Of a DNA stretch of 55,129 nucleotides, positions 28,284 through 37,598 are shown piece after piece. Below the pieces are notes generated by a model. That model ran no database searches. It saw nothing but the letters and a program-made list of their open reading frames with translations, and was not told the origin of the DNA. How positions within the stretch are numbered: position 1 is the stretch's first letter; every line of letters starts with the position of its first letter. Both the position numbers and the translations under genes were made by a program. Source of the stretch: an uncultured Gammaproteobacteria bacterium (GTDB taxonomy: Bacteria > Patescibacteriota > Microgenomatia > UBA8517); the NCBI GenBank assembly GCA_964357925.1, contig CAYHMW010000005.1:1-55129 (forward strand), written 5' to 3'.

Positions 28284-29061
28284 AAACAACTCTTAATAGC
28301 TCCCAACAGCTTACTGCAACAAAAAAAAGCATAAAAATAGGAAACCAACCCTTTTTTTCAAACTGTTTTATTCCATGCCAAACAACAAGAAATATCGGAA
28401 TCCACAAAACAATGTCATGTCTATCAAAACGATTTAATAGCGATAAATTGACTATTGAAGCAACAAAAATACTAATTAAATATTTTTTAATTTTTATATT
28501 TTTACTAAAATAAAATCCTGTAAGTACCAAGGGCAATGCAAGCATTGGAAACTTTTTTAAATTCTGATTGTCAACGTTTACTTCCCTTGGGTGAAACGCG
28601 AAAAAATAATTACTAGGGTCAGTCAGAACGAAAAAATTTGAAAACACTTTTTCCTGCACTACTCGGGCTTTGTTTTGGAATATTCTTGCCGTTAAAATAG
28701 TAGGATAAAGCTGCTGCTCACGTATCAGCAGTTGCTGCTCTTCGTGAGTTATATTTAAATTGCTCTGCGCTTTAAACTCGCGGAAATTTACTCCAAAAAT
28801 CAGTAAACTCACCGTGAGTAACACTAGGTTTAGTCGCGTCGTGGCTTTCAAAAAAAACAAAAAGAAATAAATAAGGGGTAAGAGTGACAATTTTGGTTCG
28901 ATAATCCCAATTGGAAGAATAAAAACTTCGGAAATAAAAATACCAAGTGCTATTAAAGACGCTGGTATTATGTGATGAATAAAATCTGCACGCGTGTTTG
29001 CAAGGAAAAAGCTCAGTGGCCAAAAAATCAAAATTAGAAATAGAGATATTTTCTTAAGCAT
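28276..29061 (-). CDS. Half-size GT-C-derived membrane protein lacking the N-terminal acidic loop
   Basis: Start ATG 29061, 7 nt below TGCTATAAT. RIFQNKA...NFFVLTDPSNYFF matches the central loop of the GT-Cs at 47672 and 52903. Confidence 0.6.
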   Translation of the reverse strand: MLKKISLFLILIFWPLSFFLANTRADFIHHIIPASLIALGIFISEVFILPIGIIEPKLSLLPLIYFFLFFLKATTRLNLVLLTVSLLIFGVNFREFKAQSNLNITHEEQQLLIREQQLYPTILTARIFQNKARVVQEKVFSNFFVLTDPSNYFFAFHPREVNVDNQNLKKFPMLALPLVLTGFYFSKNIKIKKYLISIFVASIVNLSLLNRFDRHDIVLWIPIFLVVWHGIKQFEKKGWFPIFMLFFVAVSCWELLRVVYA

Positions 29062-29099
29062 GTAGCAAATTATAGCAATGTCCGTGGTAAAATTATCTT
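29062..29099. promoter_or_regulatory. Back-to-back extended -10 promoters (leaderless type)
   Basis: Minus strand: TGCTATAAT (29069-29077), 7 nt from ATG 29061. Plus strand: TGGTAAAAT (29085-29093), 6 nt from GTG 29100. Confidence 0.65.
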
Positions 29100-30596
29100 G
29101 TGCCGGAGCTTCACACAGAAGAACACTTAGATCCAACAGCAGAAATCTCTTTGGAGACCGTTAAATCTCGTGCAATCAAAGGTGTAGCAGCACTTTCCGG
29201 CCGTTATGTAATTCTCTTTGGTATTACACTTCTAGCTCAAGGTCTCCTTGGAGCTTTTCTTTCACTTGAAGAATGGGGAGTTTTCGCTGTTGTTTCGGCA
29301 GTCGTTAACTTCCTTGTCTATTTTTCCGATATTGGTCTCGCAGCATCACTAATCCAAAAGAAAGATAAAATTACCCGAACAGATCTCGCAACGACTTTTA
29401 CAACACAACAAATTCTCGTTTTTACCCTGCTTTTGGCTCTCATTATATTAAGCCCATTTATTAGAAACCATTATGGCTTATCCAAGGAAGGCGTTTATCT
29501 TCTTTATGCCCTTGGAGCATCATTCCTGATGTCTTCACTCAAAACAATCCCCTCAGTATTGCTCGAACGTGAACTAAAATTCGAAAAACTAGCAGCTTCT
29601 CAAATCCTCGAAACCCTTGCCTATAACGGAGTACTAATTTATTTTGCAAGCACAGGAGCTGGAGTTATGAGCTTTACCTGGGGGGTCTTGGCAAGAGGTA
29701 TTGTTGGATTAGTTTCGCTCTATTATTTCAAGCCTTGGAAGCCCACTTTTGGAATTTCCAGAGACTCATTATCACATCTTTTAAAATTTGGCATCCCATA
29801 TCAAATTAACTCACTCATTGCAGTATTTAAGGATGATGGCATGGTCATAATTTTGGGTGGAATACTTGGTTTACAATCAATGGGAATACTTCTTTGGGCA
29901 CAAAAATGGGCACAAATGCCCCTTCGGCTTCTTTTAGACCAAGTGACCAAAGTCACATTCCCAGCTTTTTCCCGAATGCAAGACGAGAAAGACCAGTTAG
30001 AGCGCAGTGTCACAAAATCCCTCTTTTTTTTAACACTTCTCATTTTTCCAGCAACAGTTGGTTTAGTATTAATCGCTCCAATAATAATTCAAATTATCCC
30101 TCGCTATGAAAAATGGGAACCAGCTCTTATTCCGCTTGCACTTGTTAGTGTAAATACCTTAATGGCCGCAGTTTCGACTCAGCTTACAAACCTTCTAAAT
30201 TCAATTGGCAAAATCAAGACCACTTTCAAACTCATGGTAATGTGGGCAGGTCTCACTTGGCTTTTGGTGCCGAGCCTTGCTAAAACCTATGGAGTTAACG
30301 GTGCAGCTCTTGCATATGCTTTAGTTGGATTAAGTTCCGTCGTTGCAATCTACATTGTCAAACGTCAGGTAAACTTCTCGCTGTGGAACGCAGCAGGCAA
30401 AACCGGCTTGGCAACATTTGGCATGGCAATTCCTCTTTTTCTACTCAGACCACTACTTCCTGTTAATCTTTCATCGGTTGTAATTTTAACCGGGATAGGG
30501 GGGCTCTTTTACTCACTTAGCATTTTTGCACTCACAGGTCGTTCATTTTTCGAAGATGTTGAAAAAATTTACAAGGGCTTTTCAGGAAAACAATAA
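29100..30596 (+). CDS. wzx: Wzx/PST-family polysaccharide flippase
   Basis: FSDIGLAASLIQKK, LLERELKF, VTFPAFSRMQD; about 12-14 TM. Confidence 0.88.
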   Translation: MPELHTEEHLDPTAEISLETVKSRAIKGVAALSGRYVILFGITLLAQGLLGAFLSLEEWGVFAVVSAVVNFLVYFSDIGLAASLIQKKDKITRTDLATTFTTQQILVFTLLLALIILSPFIRNHYGLSKEGVYLLYALGASFLMSSLKTIPSVLLERELKFEKLAASQILETLAYNGVLIYFASTGAGVMSFTWGVLARGIVGLVSLYYFKPWKPTFGISRDSLSHLLKFGIPYQINSLIAVFKDDGMVIILGGILGLQSMGILLWAQKWAQMPLRLLLDQVTKVTFPAFSRMQDEKDQLERSVTKSLFFLTLLIFPATVGLVLIAPIIIQIIPRYEKWEPALIPLALVSVNTLMAAVSTQLTNLLNSIGKIKTTFKLMVMWAGLTWLLVPSLAKTYGVNGAALAYALVGLSSVVAIYIVKRQVNFSLWNAAGKTGLATFGMAIPLFLLRPLLPVNLSSVVILTGIGGLFYSLSIFALTGRSFFEDVEKIYKGFSGKQ

Positions 30597-32325
30597 AGCA
30601 TTTCTGTTGATATTATTGGGCTCTCTTTCGTGGTCATTGACCATGATCAAAAGTGGCTTTGTGTATAATTACGGACTCGGTTTTTGGGGGCCAAACGGCC
30701 ACGATGGGATCTGGCACATTGCGCTCTCGCAATCACTCGCCAGAGGCTCCGTTGGGATGCCTGTGTTTGCAGGGGAGCAACTTAAAAACTATCACATCGG
30801 TTTTGATCTTCTTCTGGTTTTATTAAACAAACTGACGTTTATTCCCATAATAAATCTCTATTTTCAAGTTATCCCAGTGCTGCTGTCTGTATTAATTGGA
30901 ATCGCCACATACAACTTTGTGTTAGCTTGGCGAAAATCAAAAAGTGACGCCTTCTGGGCAACTTTTTTTGTGTATTTTGGAGATAATTTTGGGTGGATTG
31001 TAACGCTATTTCGAGATGGTCAACTTGGAGGAGAATCGATGTTTTGGTCCCAGCAATCAATATCTACGCTTATAAACCCCCCTTTCGCCCTCTCTTTTCT
31101 CATTATTTTAATTGGCCTAAATTTGATAGTTAAATCATCTGCGCCTGCCCGCCTGTCCCGACCTGCGTGGTCCACAGTGACTCTAATTATCATTTTCGGC
31201 AGCCTAATTCAAATCAAAGCCTACGCCGGGGCGCTAGTATTGGGTGCCTTATGGGTTACATCCGCATACGAAATAATTAGAGCGAAAATACATAAAACAT
31301 CAAACGCGCCTGCCCTCCAGCTTACGAAGTTAGCGGCGTGGTCCACAGCGACTAACATTTTATTATTTCTCCCACTTAATAAATCCTCAGGCAACCTTCT
31401 TGTTTGGAAACCCTTTTGGTTCCTAGAAACAATGATGTACTTAACAGATCGTGTCGGCTGGCTCCGCTTTGGAGAAGCAATGATGAACTATCGCCTCATG
31501 GGCTGGCTATTTCCTAAAACAATCCTCGCATACTCAGTAGCTTTTTCAATATTTATCTTTGGCAATCTCGGCACAAGATTTTTATCAATATTCCTAATAA
31601 TTTCTTGGTTTAAAAACTACAAAAAAATTGACCAAACGCAAATATTTATCCTAAGCATAATCGCCGCAGGAGTAATAATTCCCATGTTGTTTTTACAAAA
31701 AGGCACACCATGGAACACCATCCAGTTTTTCTACTACACTCTTATGTTTGCGAGTATCCTGAGCGGAATCGCATTTGCAAGAATTATTGAGGCAAAACAA
31801 AACCAGTTTTTCAAAAAACCTTTAATGTTTGGTATGTTATTTCTAACACTCCCCACTACAATTGGCACACTAAGTCAGGTTTATTTACCAAGCCGCCCTC
31901 CATCAATGCTTCCCGCAACTGAAGTCGAGGCACTTAATTTTCTCTCGCAGCAACCAGACGGTGTTGTTATGACCCATCCTTTTGATCCAGGCCGAGCAAA
32001 GGAAGAATCCAATAATCCTCCTGTGCCATTGGCCTACTATGTCTCAACGGCTTATGTTTCAGCCTTCAGTAATAAAGATGCTTATTTAGAGGATGAAATT
32101 AATTTAGATATAACGGGTTACGATTGGAAGGAAAGACGCAAAGAAGCTGAGGATTTCTATAACACCTTGGACGAATCTCATGTCCGCGAATTTATTTCAA
32201 AAAATAACATTAAATATTTCTATTGGAGAAAAGGCCAGCGCGCCCGTCTCGGCGAAACACAGTTGGGCATCGAACGTTTATTTGAAAATAAAGAAGTGGA
32301 CATTTATAAAGTTAAAGATTTTTAA
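30556..32325 (+). CDS. GT-C-like polytopic membrane protein
   Basis: GHDGIWHIAL...NYHIGFD acidic loop; many TM; soluble C-terminal domain (FISKNNIKYFY). Confidence 0.65.
   Translation: MLKKFTRAFQENNKAFLLILLGSLSWSLTMIKSGFVYNYGLGFWGPNGHDGIWHIALSQSLARGSVGMPVFAGEQLKNYHIGFDLLLVLLNKLTFIPIINLYFQVIPVLLSVLIGIATYNFVLAWRKSKSDAFWATFFVYFGDNFGWIVTLFRDGQLGGESMFWSQQSISTLINPPFALSFLIILIGLNLIVKSSAPARLSRPAWSTVTLIIIFGSLIQIKAYAGALVLGALWVTSAYEIIRAKIHKTSNAPALQLTKLAAWSTATNILLFLPLNKSSGNLLVWKPFWFLETMMYLTDRVGWLRFGEAMMNYRLMGWLFPKTILAYSVAFSIFIFGNLGTRFLSIFLIISWFKNYKKIDQTQIFILSIIAAGVIIPMLFLQKGTPWNTIQFFYYTLMFASILSGIAFARIIEAKQNQFFKKPLMFGMLFLTLPTTIGTLSQVYLPSRPPSMLPATEVEALNFLSQQPDGVVMTHPFDPGRAKEESNNPPVPLAYYVSTAYVSAFSNKDAYLEDEINLDITGYDWKERRKEAEDFYNTLDESHVREFISKNNIKYFYWRKGQRARLGETQLGIERLFENKEVDIYKVKDF
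31141..31353. repeat. Two in-frame GC-rich elements GCGCCTGCCC-N14/N20-GCGTGGTCCACAGYGACT
   Basis: 31141-31182 (42 bp, APARLSRPAWSTVT) and 31306-31353 (48 bp, APALQLTKLAAWSTAT). Confidence 0.75.
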
Positions 32326-32852
32326 AACAAGCCACTCTTCAAAAACTTATTAAACTCATCAAAATAAGGGTAATCATGAGTGTTGCCTGGTCCCATCTCT
32401 ACGTTAATATCTTTATTTATTGAATGTATAAGCTGTTCCACTCGTGCATAACTACCATGTGAATCTTGCTCATTTTGAATAACCAAAACGTTTTTTGATT
32501 TGAAGTTGGTTAATGCCTCGCGATAAGTCTCTTGTCTGTCAGGAGTGATGTCCCCTAGAGGAATTCCACATAAAACTATTTTATTAATTTTGTCCTTGGC
32601 TTCGCCGATGAGATACATTGCCACAAGAGTCCCAATTGATTTTGCAATAATATTAACCTTGTCGCGTCCAATAGCAGCCAATAAATTCAAGGCTTCCCCT
32701 GCAGCAGAAAAATCGCCTGGGCTTCCACTTTGCCAATGCTTCCACATATAAACCTCAATATCATTTTTGTGCTTAAAATTCTCCTGCACAGCCAATGCCC
32801 AATCTTTATTTTTAAGTGAATATCCCGGAAGCACAATCGTTCTCACACACAA
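32322..32852 (-). CDS. Alpha/beta hydrolase (YdeN/RBBP9-like)
   Basis: VLPGYS oxyanion region, IAKSIG nucleophile elbow, QNEQD, THDY. Confidence 0.65.
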   Translation of the reverse strand: MCVRTIVLPGYSLKNKDWALAVQENFKHKNDIEVYMWKHWQSGSPGDFSAAGEALNLLAAIGRDKVNIIAKSIGTLVAMYLIGEAKDKINKIVLCGIPLGDITPDRQETYREALTNFKSKNVLVIQNEQDSHGSYARVEQLIHSINKDINVEMGPGNTHDYPYFDEFNKFLKSGLF

Positions 32853-32926
32853 ATTATATATGTTTCTTAGGGATTATCTAAATAGTAGCATTTTTTATAT
32901 GCTAAAATATGCTAAAATCAAAAATT

Positions 32927-33853
32927 ATGAAAGCAATCTCTGTAATCTTGCCTTGCTTCAATGAATCCAAAAATCTCAGTCCTCTCACAAAACTCATAAT
33001 CAAAAAAATACCCACAAAGTATAAATACGAGATCATTATTGTTGATGATGGGAGCAGTGACAACTCAGTAGCATCAATTCGCGAGCTATGCAGCAAAAAT
33101 AAAAAAATAAAAGGAGTTTTATTTCATAGGAATTTTGGCCAACAAGCAGCCCTTAAAGCTGGTGTGGATAACTCTCGAGGTGACGCTGTCATAACTATGG
33201 ATTCAGATTTTCAACACCCTCCAGAAATAATTCCAATTTTTATCAAGAGATGGGAAGAAGGCTTTGACTTAGTTCTCGGGCGGAAGATTGATGATAAAAC
33301 AGCATCAATCTTCCATAAACTAATGAGACAAATTGGCTATAAGCTTTGGGATGTTCTTACCAATAATATTATTCCACCTTATGTTTCAGAATTTAGACTA
33401 ATGGACAAGTCAGTTGCTAGTTATATTAAAAGTGTTGACGAAAAAGAACCATTTTTGCGAGGCCTGGTTTCGCTTTTTGCAAAAAAGCAAGCCATTGTTC
33501 CATATAAAGTAGGTAGCAGAATCCACGGCAAATCAAACTATAGCACGAGAACTTTAGTTATAACGTTTCTAAACGGGGTTATATCCTTTAGTGCAACACC
33601 ACTCCGCATAGGATGGATCATAGGCCTTGTAATCTCAATCTGCTCTGGTGTTTACATCTTCCTTGATACAGCAATAGCTATACTTAGCAATCGTCCAATT
33701 GTCGAAGGTTGGGAAACTATCGTCTCGCTTAATATAATGTTTGGAGGATTCAATATATTATATTTAGGAATAATTGCTGAATATATAGGAGCAATATTCA
33801 GAGAAATCAAAAATAGACCCTTATACCAAATACATGAAAAGTTAAATATTTGA
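32927..33853 (+). CDS. GT2 undecaprenyl-phosphate glycosyltransferase (ArnC/GtrB-like, two C-terminal TMs)
   Basis: LPCFNE, VDDGSSD, RNFGQQAAL, MDSDFQHPP, FRLMD, IAEYIGAIFREIKNRPLY. Start ATG 32927. Confidence 0.88.
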   Translation: MKAISVILPCFNESKNLSPLTKLIIKKIPTKYKYEIIIVDDGSSDNSVASIRELCSKNKKIKGVLFHRNFGQQAALKAGVDNSRGDAVITMDSDFQHPPEIIPIFIKRWEEGFDLVLGRKIDDKTASIFHKLMRQIGYKLWDVLTNNIIPPYVSEFRLMDKSVASYIKSVDEKEPFLRGLVSLFAKKQAIVPYKVGSRIHGKSNYSTRTLVITFLNGVISFSATPLRIGWIIGLVISICSGVYIFLDTAIAILSNRPIVEGWETIVSLNIMFGGFNILYLGIIAEYIGAIFREIKNRPLYQIHEKLNI

Positions 33854-34683
33854 GTCACGAAATGAAGATTGTCTTCTCTGCGGATGATTTTGGTTTAAGC
33901 AACACAACCAACAAAGCAATTATCGACTGCTACAAAAAAGGGGTGGTCAGAAGCACATCCTTTTTCTCAGACAGTCATTTTTACCCAGAGATAATAAATG
34001 ATTTATCTTTTGGCCTTCACATAAACTTGACCGATAGACCAAACAAAAAAAATTATAATTACATTGAGCTCCTACTTTGTTCATTTAACAAAAAACTTTT
34101 AAAAAGCATTGAAAAAGACATCGATTCTCAATTTAGTCAAGTGTTATCAGAGAAAATTAATATTGATCATGTTGACAGTGAACGGCATGTGCATATGATT
34201 CCAAGTATCTTTTTCATTGTTTGCAAGATTGCTCAAAAATACAAAGTTAAATATTTAAGAAACATAAACGAACCACTTGTAATGCCATCAAATCCCCTCA
34301 AATTCTTAAGTATGGTTACCAATTTAGGAATTTTTAAGTTACTATTAATGAAATATTTTTCGAGGAAAAATAAAAAGATATTGAAAAACTTTAAACTTAA
34401 AACTGTTGATTATACATATGGATTACTCTATACAAATCGTATAACAGTGGGTGTAATCAAAAGTATGATTAGGGATGCCATTAAAAGGAAGGCAAAAGTT
34501 ATTGAGATAATCACACATCCTGGATATAAATATACAGAGCCAGAAAAAGGGCTTAGTGATCGTCTGCTAAAATACTCTTCTCATTCAAATAGAATAAAAG
34601 AAGCAAAAATTTTGCAATCAAAAAAGCTCATTAATTTCTTGTATAAATCGAAGGTGAAACTAGTAACTTTTCAAGGAATATGA
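33850..34683 (+). CDS. YdjC/ChbG-family carbohydrate deacetylase (NaxD/LgmC/HpnK-like)
   Basis: SADDFG, GLHINL, DHVDSERHVH, EIITHPG. Confidence 0.88.
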   Translation: MSHEMKIVFSADDFGLSNTTNKAIIDCYKKGVVRSTSFFSDSHFYPEIINDLSFGLHINLTDRPNKKNYNYIELLLCSFNKKLLKSIEKDIDSQFSQVLSEKINIDHVDSERHVHMIPSIFFIVCKIAQKYKVKYLRNINEPLVMPSNPLKFLSMVTNLGIFKLLLMKYFSRKNKKILKNFKLKTVDYTYGLLYTNRITVGVIKSMIRDAIKRKAKVIEIITHPGYKYTEPEKGLSDRLLKYSSHSNRIKEAKILQSKKLINFLYKSKVKLVTFQGI

Positions 34684-35276
34684 TTTTCGAGTTTATTAGA
34701 TCACTAACGTGTCCCTTTGATAGAATCGAGGCACACTTGCCAACAGCAGGCAATATATTGGACGTTGGCTGTGGACACGGAGTTTTCACCTTTATCATTG
34801 CCCAGAAATCAGGTAAGCGAAAGGTATTGGGCATCGACCCCTCTATCAAAAAAATTGCACTAGCTTTAAAACACAAAAAACATAAAAACGTTACTTTTAA
34901 AGTTGGATATATAAAAGATATCAAGACCAAATTTGACGCGATCGTGGTAGTCGATGTCCTTTATTTGCTTCCTAACAAACAAAAGTTGGAATTTCTAAAG
35001 CATGCCCGAAAAATATTAAAAAGGGGAGGAGACTTGATTATTGTAACTAATGGGAATAGAAAGTCATTTGTATATAGCCTACTATATCTAGAAGAACTCC
35101 TTATGGTAAAAATGTTGAAACTTACTTATTCTGACTATCCAAGGATATATTTCGAAGACGAAAAAAGGTTGGTCAATTTAGTTAAACAATCTGGGCTTAA
35201 TGTTAAAAATTTAGAAAAACTCAAAAGCAAAATACACTATCCCCCTCATTTTCTTCTCCATGCTCAAAATAATTAA
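34680..35276 (+). CDS. Class I SAM-dependent methyltransferase
   Basis: ILDVGCGHG, LGID, FDAIVVVDVLY, LKRGG. Confidence 0.88.
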   Translation: MIFEFIRSLTCPFDRIEAHLPTAGNILDVGCGHGVFTFIIAQKSGKRKVLGIDPSIKKIALALKHKKHKNVTFKVGYIKDIKTKFDAIVVVDVLYLLPNKQKLEFLKHARKILKRGGDLIIVTNGNRKSFVYSLLYLEELLMVKMLKLTYSDYPRIYFEDEKRLVNLVKQSGLNVKNLEKLKSKIHYPPHFLLHAQNN

Positions 35277-36675
35277 AAAAAATCATAAATTATTTTTGCT
35301 TTCAATGATCATTCTTTTCGCGGCATTTCTTAGGTTTCGTGACCTTCCAAAGATGGCAGGCTTTGATTTTGATCAAGAGTCAGCCTCCTTTATTGTAGAT
35401 GAAATAATAAAATACAACCACACCCGACTTATTGGTCAGGAATTGACCTTTAGAGGTATTTTTATGGGACCTTACTATTATTACTTACTAACCCCTTTTT
35501 ATGTGTTAAGCAATATGCATCCAATTGGTGGGCTCATTGCCTCAGTTATCTCTTCAATCGCTATAATCGCAGCATATTACTATGTAGGCAACGCTCTGTT
35601 TCACTACCCGGCTGGCCTCCTGGCAGCTCTTTTCAGAAGTGTCCTCTTTGAAGAACTTATTCACGATTGGTCAATGGTGCCTTCATATTTTTGTGAGTTG
35701 ATAGTCTTATTGACTTGGTTCTGTCTATGGAAAATAATCCATCATAAAAAACAAAAATATCTATACCTTCTTACATTTCTGTTTGGACTATACCCCAGTT
35801 TTTACCCGATTCTCTTCCCATTTTATTTTATTTTTTTGTTTTTATTAACATTTCATATATTAAAAGTTAAAAAGGAAGTCCTTATTAAAAGCTTAGTATT
35901 CCTTACACTACCAATGACTCCCACAATAGTTTTTGAAGTAAAAAATAATTTTCTTCAGACACGAAGGCTTATAGAGTTGTTTATGGAACCAAGCACAAGC
36001 TCAGTAAAATTAATATCTAAATTCACGAAACACCTCACTTATAACACAAGTGAACTTTCAAGAATAATCAACTTCGATTTTCTTCCCAGAGGTCTTTTTA
36101 TAGTTATGGTTGTAATAACTCTTTCTTACTTAATACGCAATAAAGTGAATTTTTGGCAAATAGGCTTACATAAAAAACTACTCATTCTCACTTATGCAAT
36201 TTTTATCTTAAGCTTTACCTTTCTTCCTATGCCGGTATCAGAAAATTATTTCTTGGCTTTAAGCACGATATCACTTCTTTATATATCAGCCACATCATCA
36301 ATCCTCTATAGATACCCAATTGGGAGAGTTATCTTAGTATTTTTAGTTGCCAATATTGTTTTCTACAATCTAAGCAGATTGAAGAGCTACTCAGAAAACC
36401 CCACTCTCGCAAATCTTTACCACAAGGAGCAGATAGTCAAAGAAATTGTTAGAAGGTCAAATAACCAAGAGTTTTATGTTTCATATATTTACTTACCTGG
36501 GTGGCAACATGGTTTTAGGTACCTGTTCTATTATTACGAAACTATACCCAAATCGGGCCCAGCCAGCCCTCCCGTATATACGATTGTGGTTCCTAAGTAT
36601 CTGTCTCACGATGCAATAGACATAAGTTACGGCAATGTTGGTCTTATCTTACCTGACTCCAAAACCGGTTTATAA
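35260..36675 (+). CDS. GT-C (ArnT/FlmK-like) glycosyltransferase
   Basis: GFDFDQES...LIGQELT...GPYYYY; FEVKNNF; C-terminus similar to the gene at 20994. Confidence 0.78.
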   Translation: MLKIIKKNHKLFLLSMIILFAAFLRFRDLPKMAGFDFDQESASFIVDEIIKYNHTRLIGQELTFRGIFMGPYYYYLLTPFYVLSNMHPIGGLIASVISSIAIIAAYYYVGNALFHYPAGLLAALFRSVLFEELIHDWSMVPSYFCELIVLLTWFCLWKIIHHKKQKYLYLLTFLFGLYPSFYPILFPFYFIFLFLLTFHILKVKKEVLIKSLVFLTLPMTPTIVFEVKNNFLQTRRLIELFMEPSTSSVKLISKFTKHLTYNTSELSRIINFDFLPRGLFIVMVVITLSYLIRNKVNFWQIGLHKKLLILTYAIFILSFTFLPMPVSENYFLALSTISLLYISATSSILYRYPIGRVILVFLVANIVFYNLSRLKSYSENPTLANLYHKEQIVKEIVRRSNNQEFYVSYIYLPGWQHGFRYLFYYYETIPKSGPASPPVYTIVVPKYLSHDAIDISYGNVGLILPDSKTGL

Positions 36676-36692
36676 ATGCTAAAATTGTAGTG

Positions 36693-37595
36693 ATGACGAA
36701 GATATCCTTAATTATTAATGTTGTAGATGAGGAATTAGTCTATATAAACGATTGCCTGGCTTCAGTTAAAGGGCTTGATGCAGAAATCATCTTGGTAGAT
36801 ATGACGTCTTCAAACGAACTCGAGGCAATCGCCAAGTCCCACAAAGCCAACCGTTTCCCATTGAAGCGCGTCTCGCACGTCGAAATCGCTAGAAATTTTG
36901 GCATTGAAAAAGCCAAGACGGGGTGGATCCTAATTCTTGATCCTGACGAAACTCTCCCAAAAACCTTAGTTAAGGAGCTCAATGAGATCGTGGAAAACCC
37001 ATCTGCCGATTACTTCGCCCTCCCAAGAAAAAATATAATCTTCGGTCGTTGGATCAAGCATGCTCGTTGGTGGCCAGACTACAATGTCAGGTTTTTTAAA
37101 AAAGGCTCAGTTGGTTGGGCGGAGACAATCCACTCCGTTCCATTGACTCAGGGCAAGGGGAGAGACATTCAAGCCACAGAAGATCATGCTATTACACACA
37201 ACCACTACAGCACCATCGACCAATACATAACACGTCTCAATCGCTACACCACTGTTCAGGCTAAGGAAAAAATCAAAGACGGCTATAAATTCAATTGGCA
37301 CGATATAATTAAACGCCCGACGGCAGAATTTGTAAGCCGTTATTTTGCAGGCGAAGGCTTCAAAGACGGCCTCCATGGCTTGGCAATCTGTAGCCTTCAG
37401 GGGTTTTCCGAATTGGTTGTTTATCTTAAAATCTGGCAAGAAACTAAGTTTGAACCAAAGGAATTAAGTGTTAAGCATGTAATTCATCAAATGAAAGATG
37501 CACAAGGTGAAGTAAATTATTGGCAAGCCGACACTTTAATTAAAGAAGGCGCAGGCCTTGCACAAAGATTCAAAAGAAAATTCAAACTTCATTAA
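36693..37595 (+). CDS. GT2 (LgtF/WaaE beta-glycosyltransferase-like)
   Basis: ARNFGI, WILILDPDE, PRKNIIFG, WWPDY, DGLHGL. ATG lies 7 nt below TGCTAAAAT. Confidence 0.85.
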   Translation: MTKISLIINVVDEELVYINDCLASVKGLDAEIILVDMTSSNELEAIAKSHKANRFPLKRVSHVEIARNFGIEKAKTGWILILDPDETLPKTLVKELNEIVENPSADYFALPRKNIIFGRWIKHARWWPDYNVRFFKKGSVGWAETIHSVPLTQGKGRDIQATEDHAITHNHYSTIDQYITRLNRYTTVQAKEKIKDGYKFNWHDIIKRPTAEFVSRYFAGEGFKDGLHGLAICSLQGFSELVVYLKIWQETKFEPKELSVKHVIHQMKDAQGEVNYWQADTLIKEGAGLAQRFKRKFKLH

Positions 37596-37598
37596 ATT

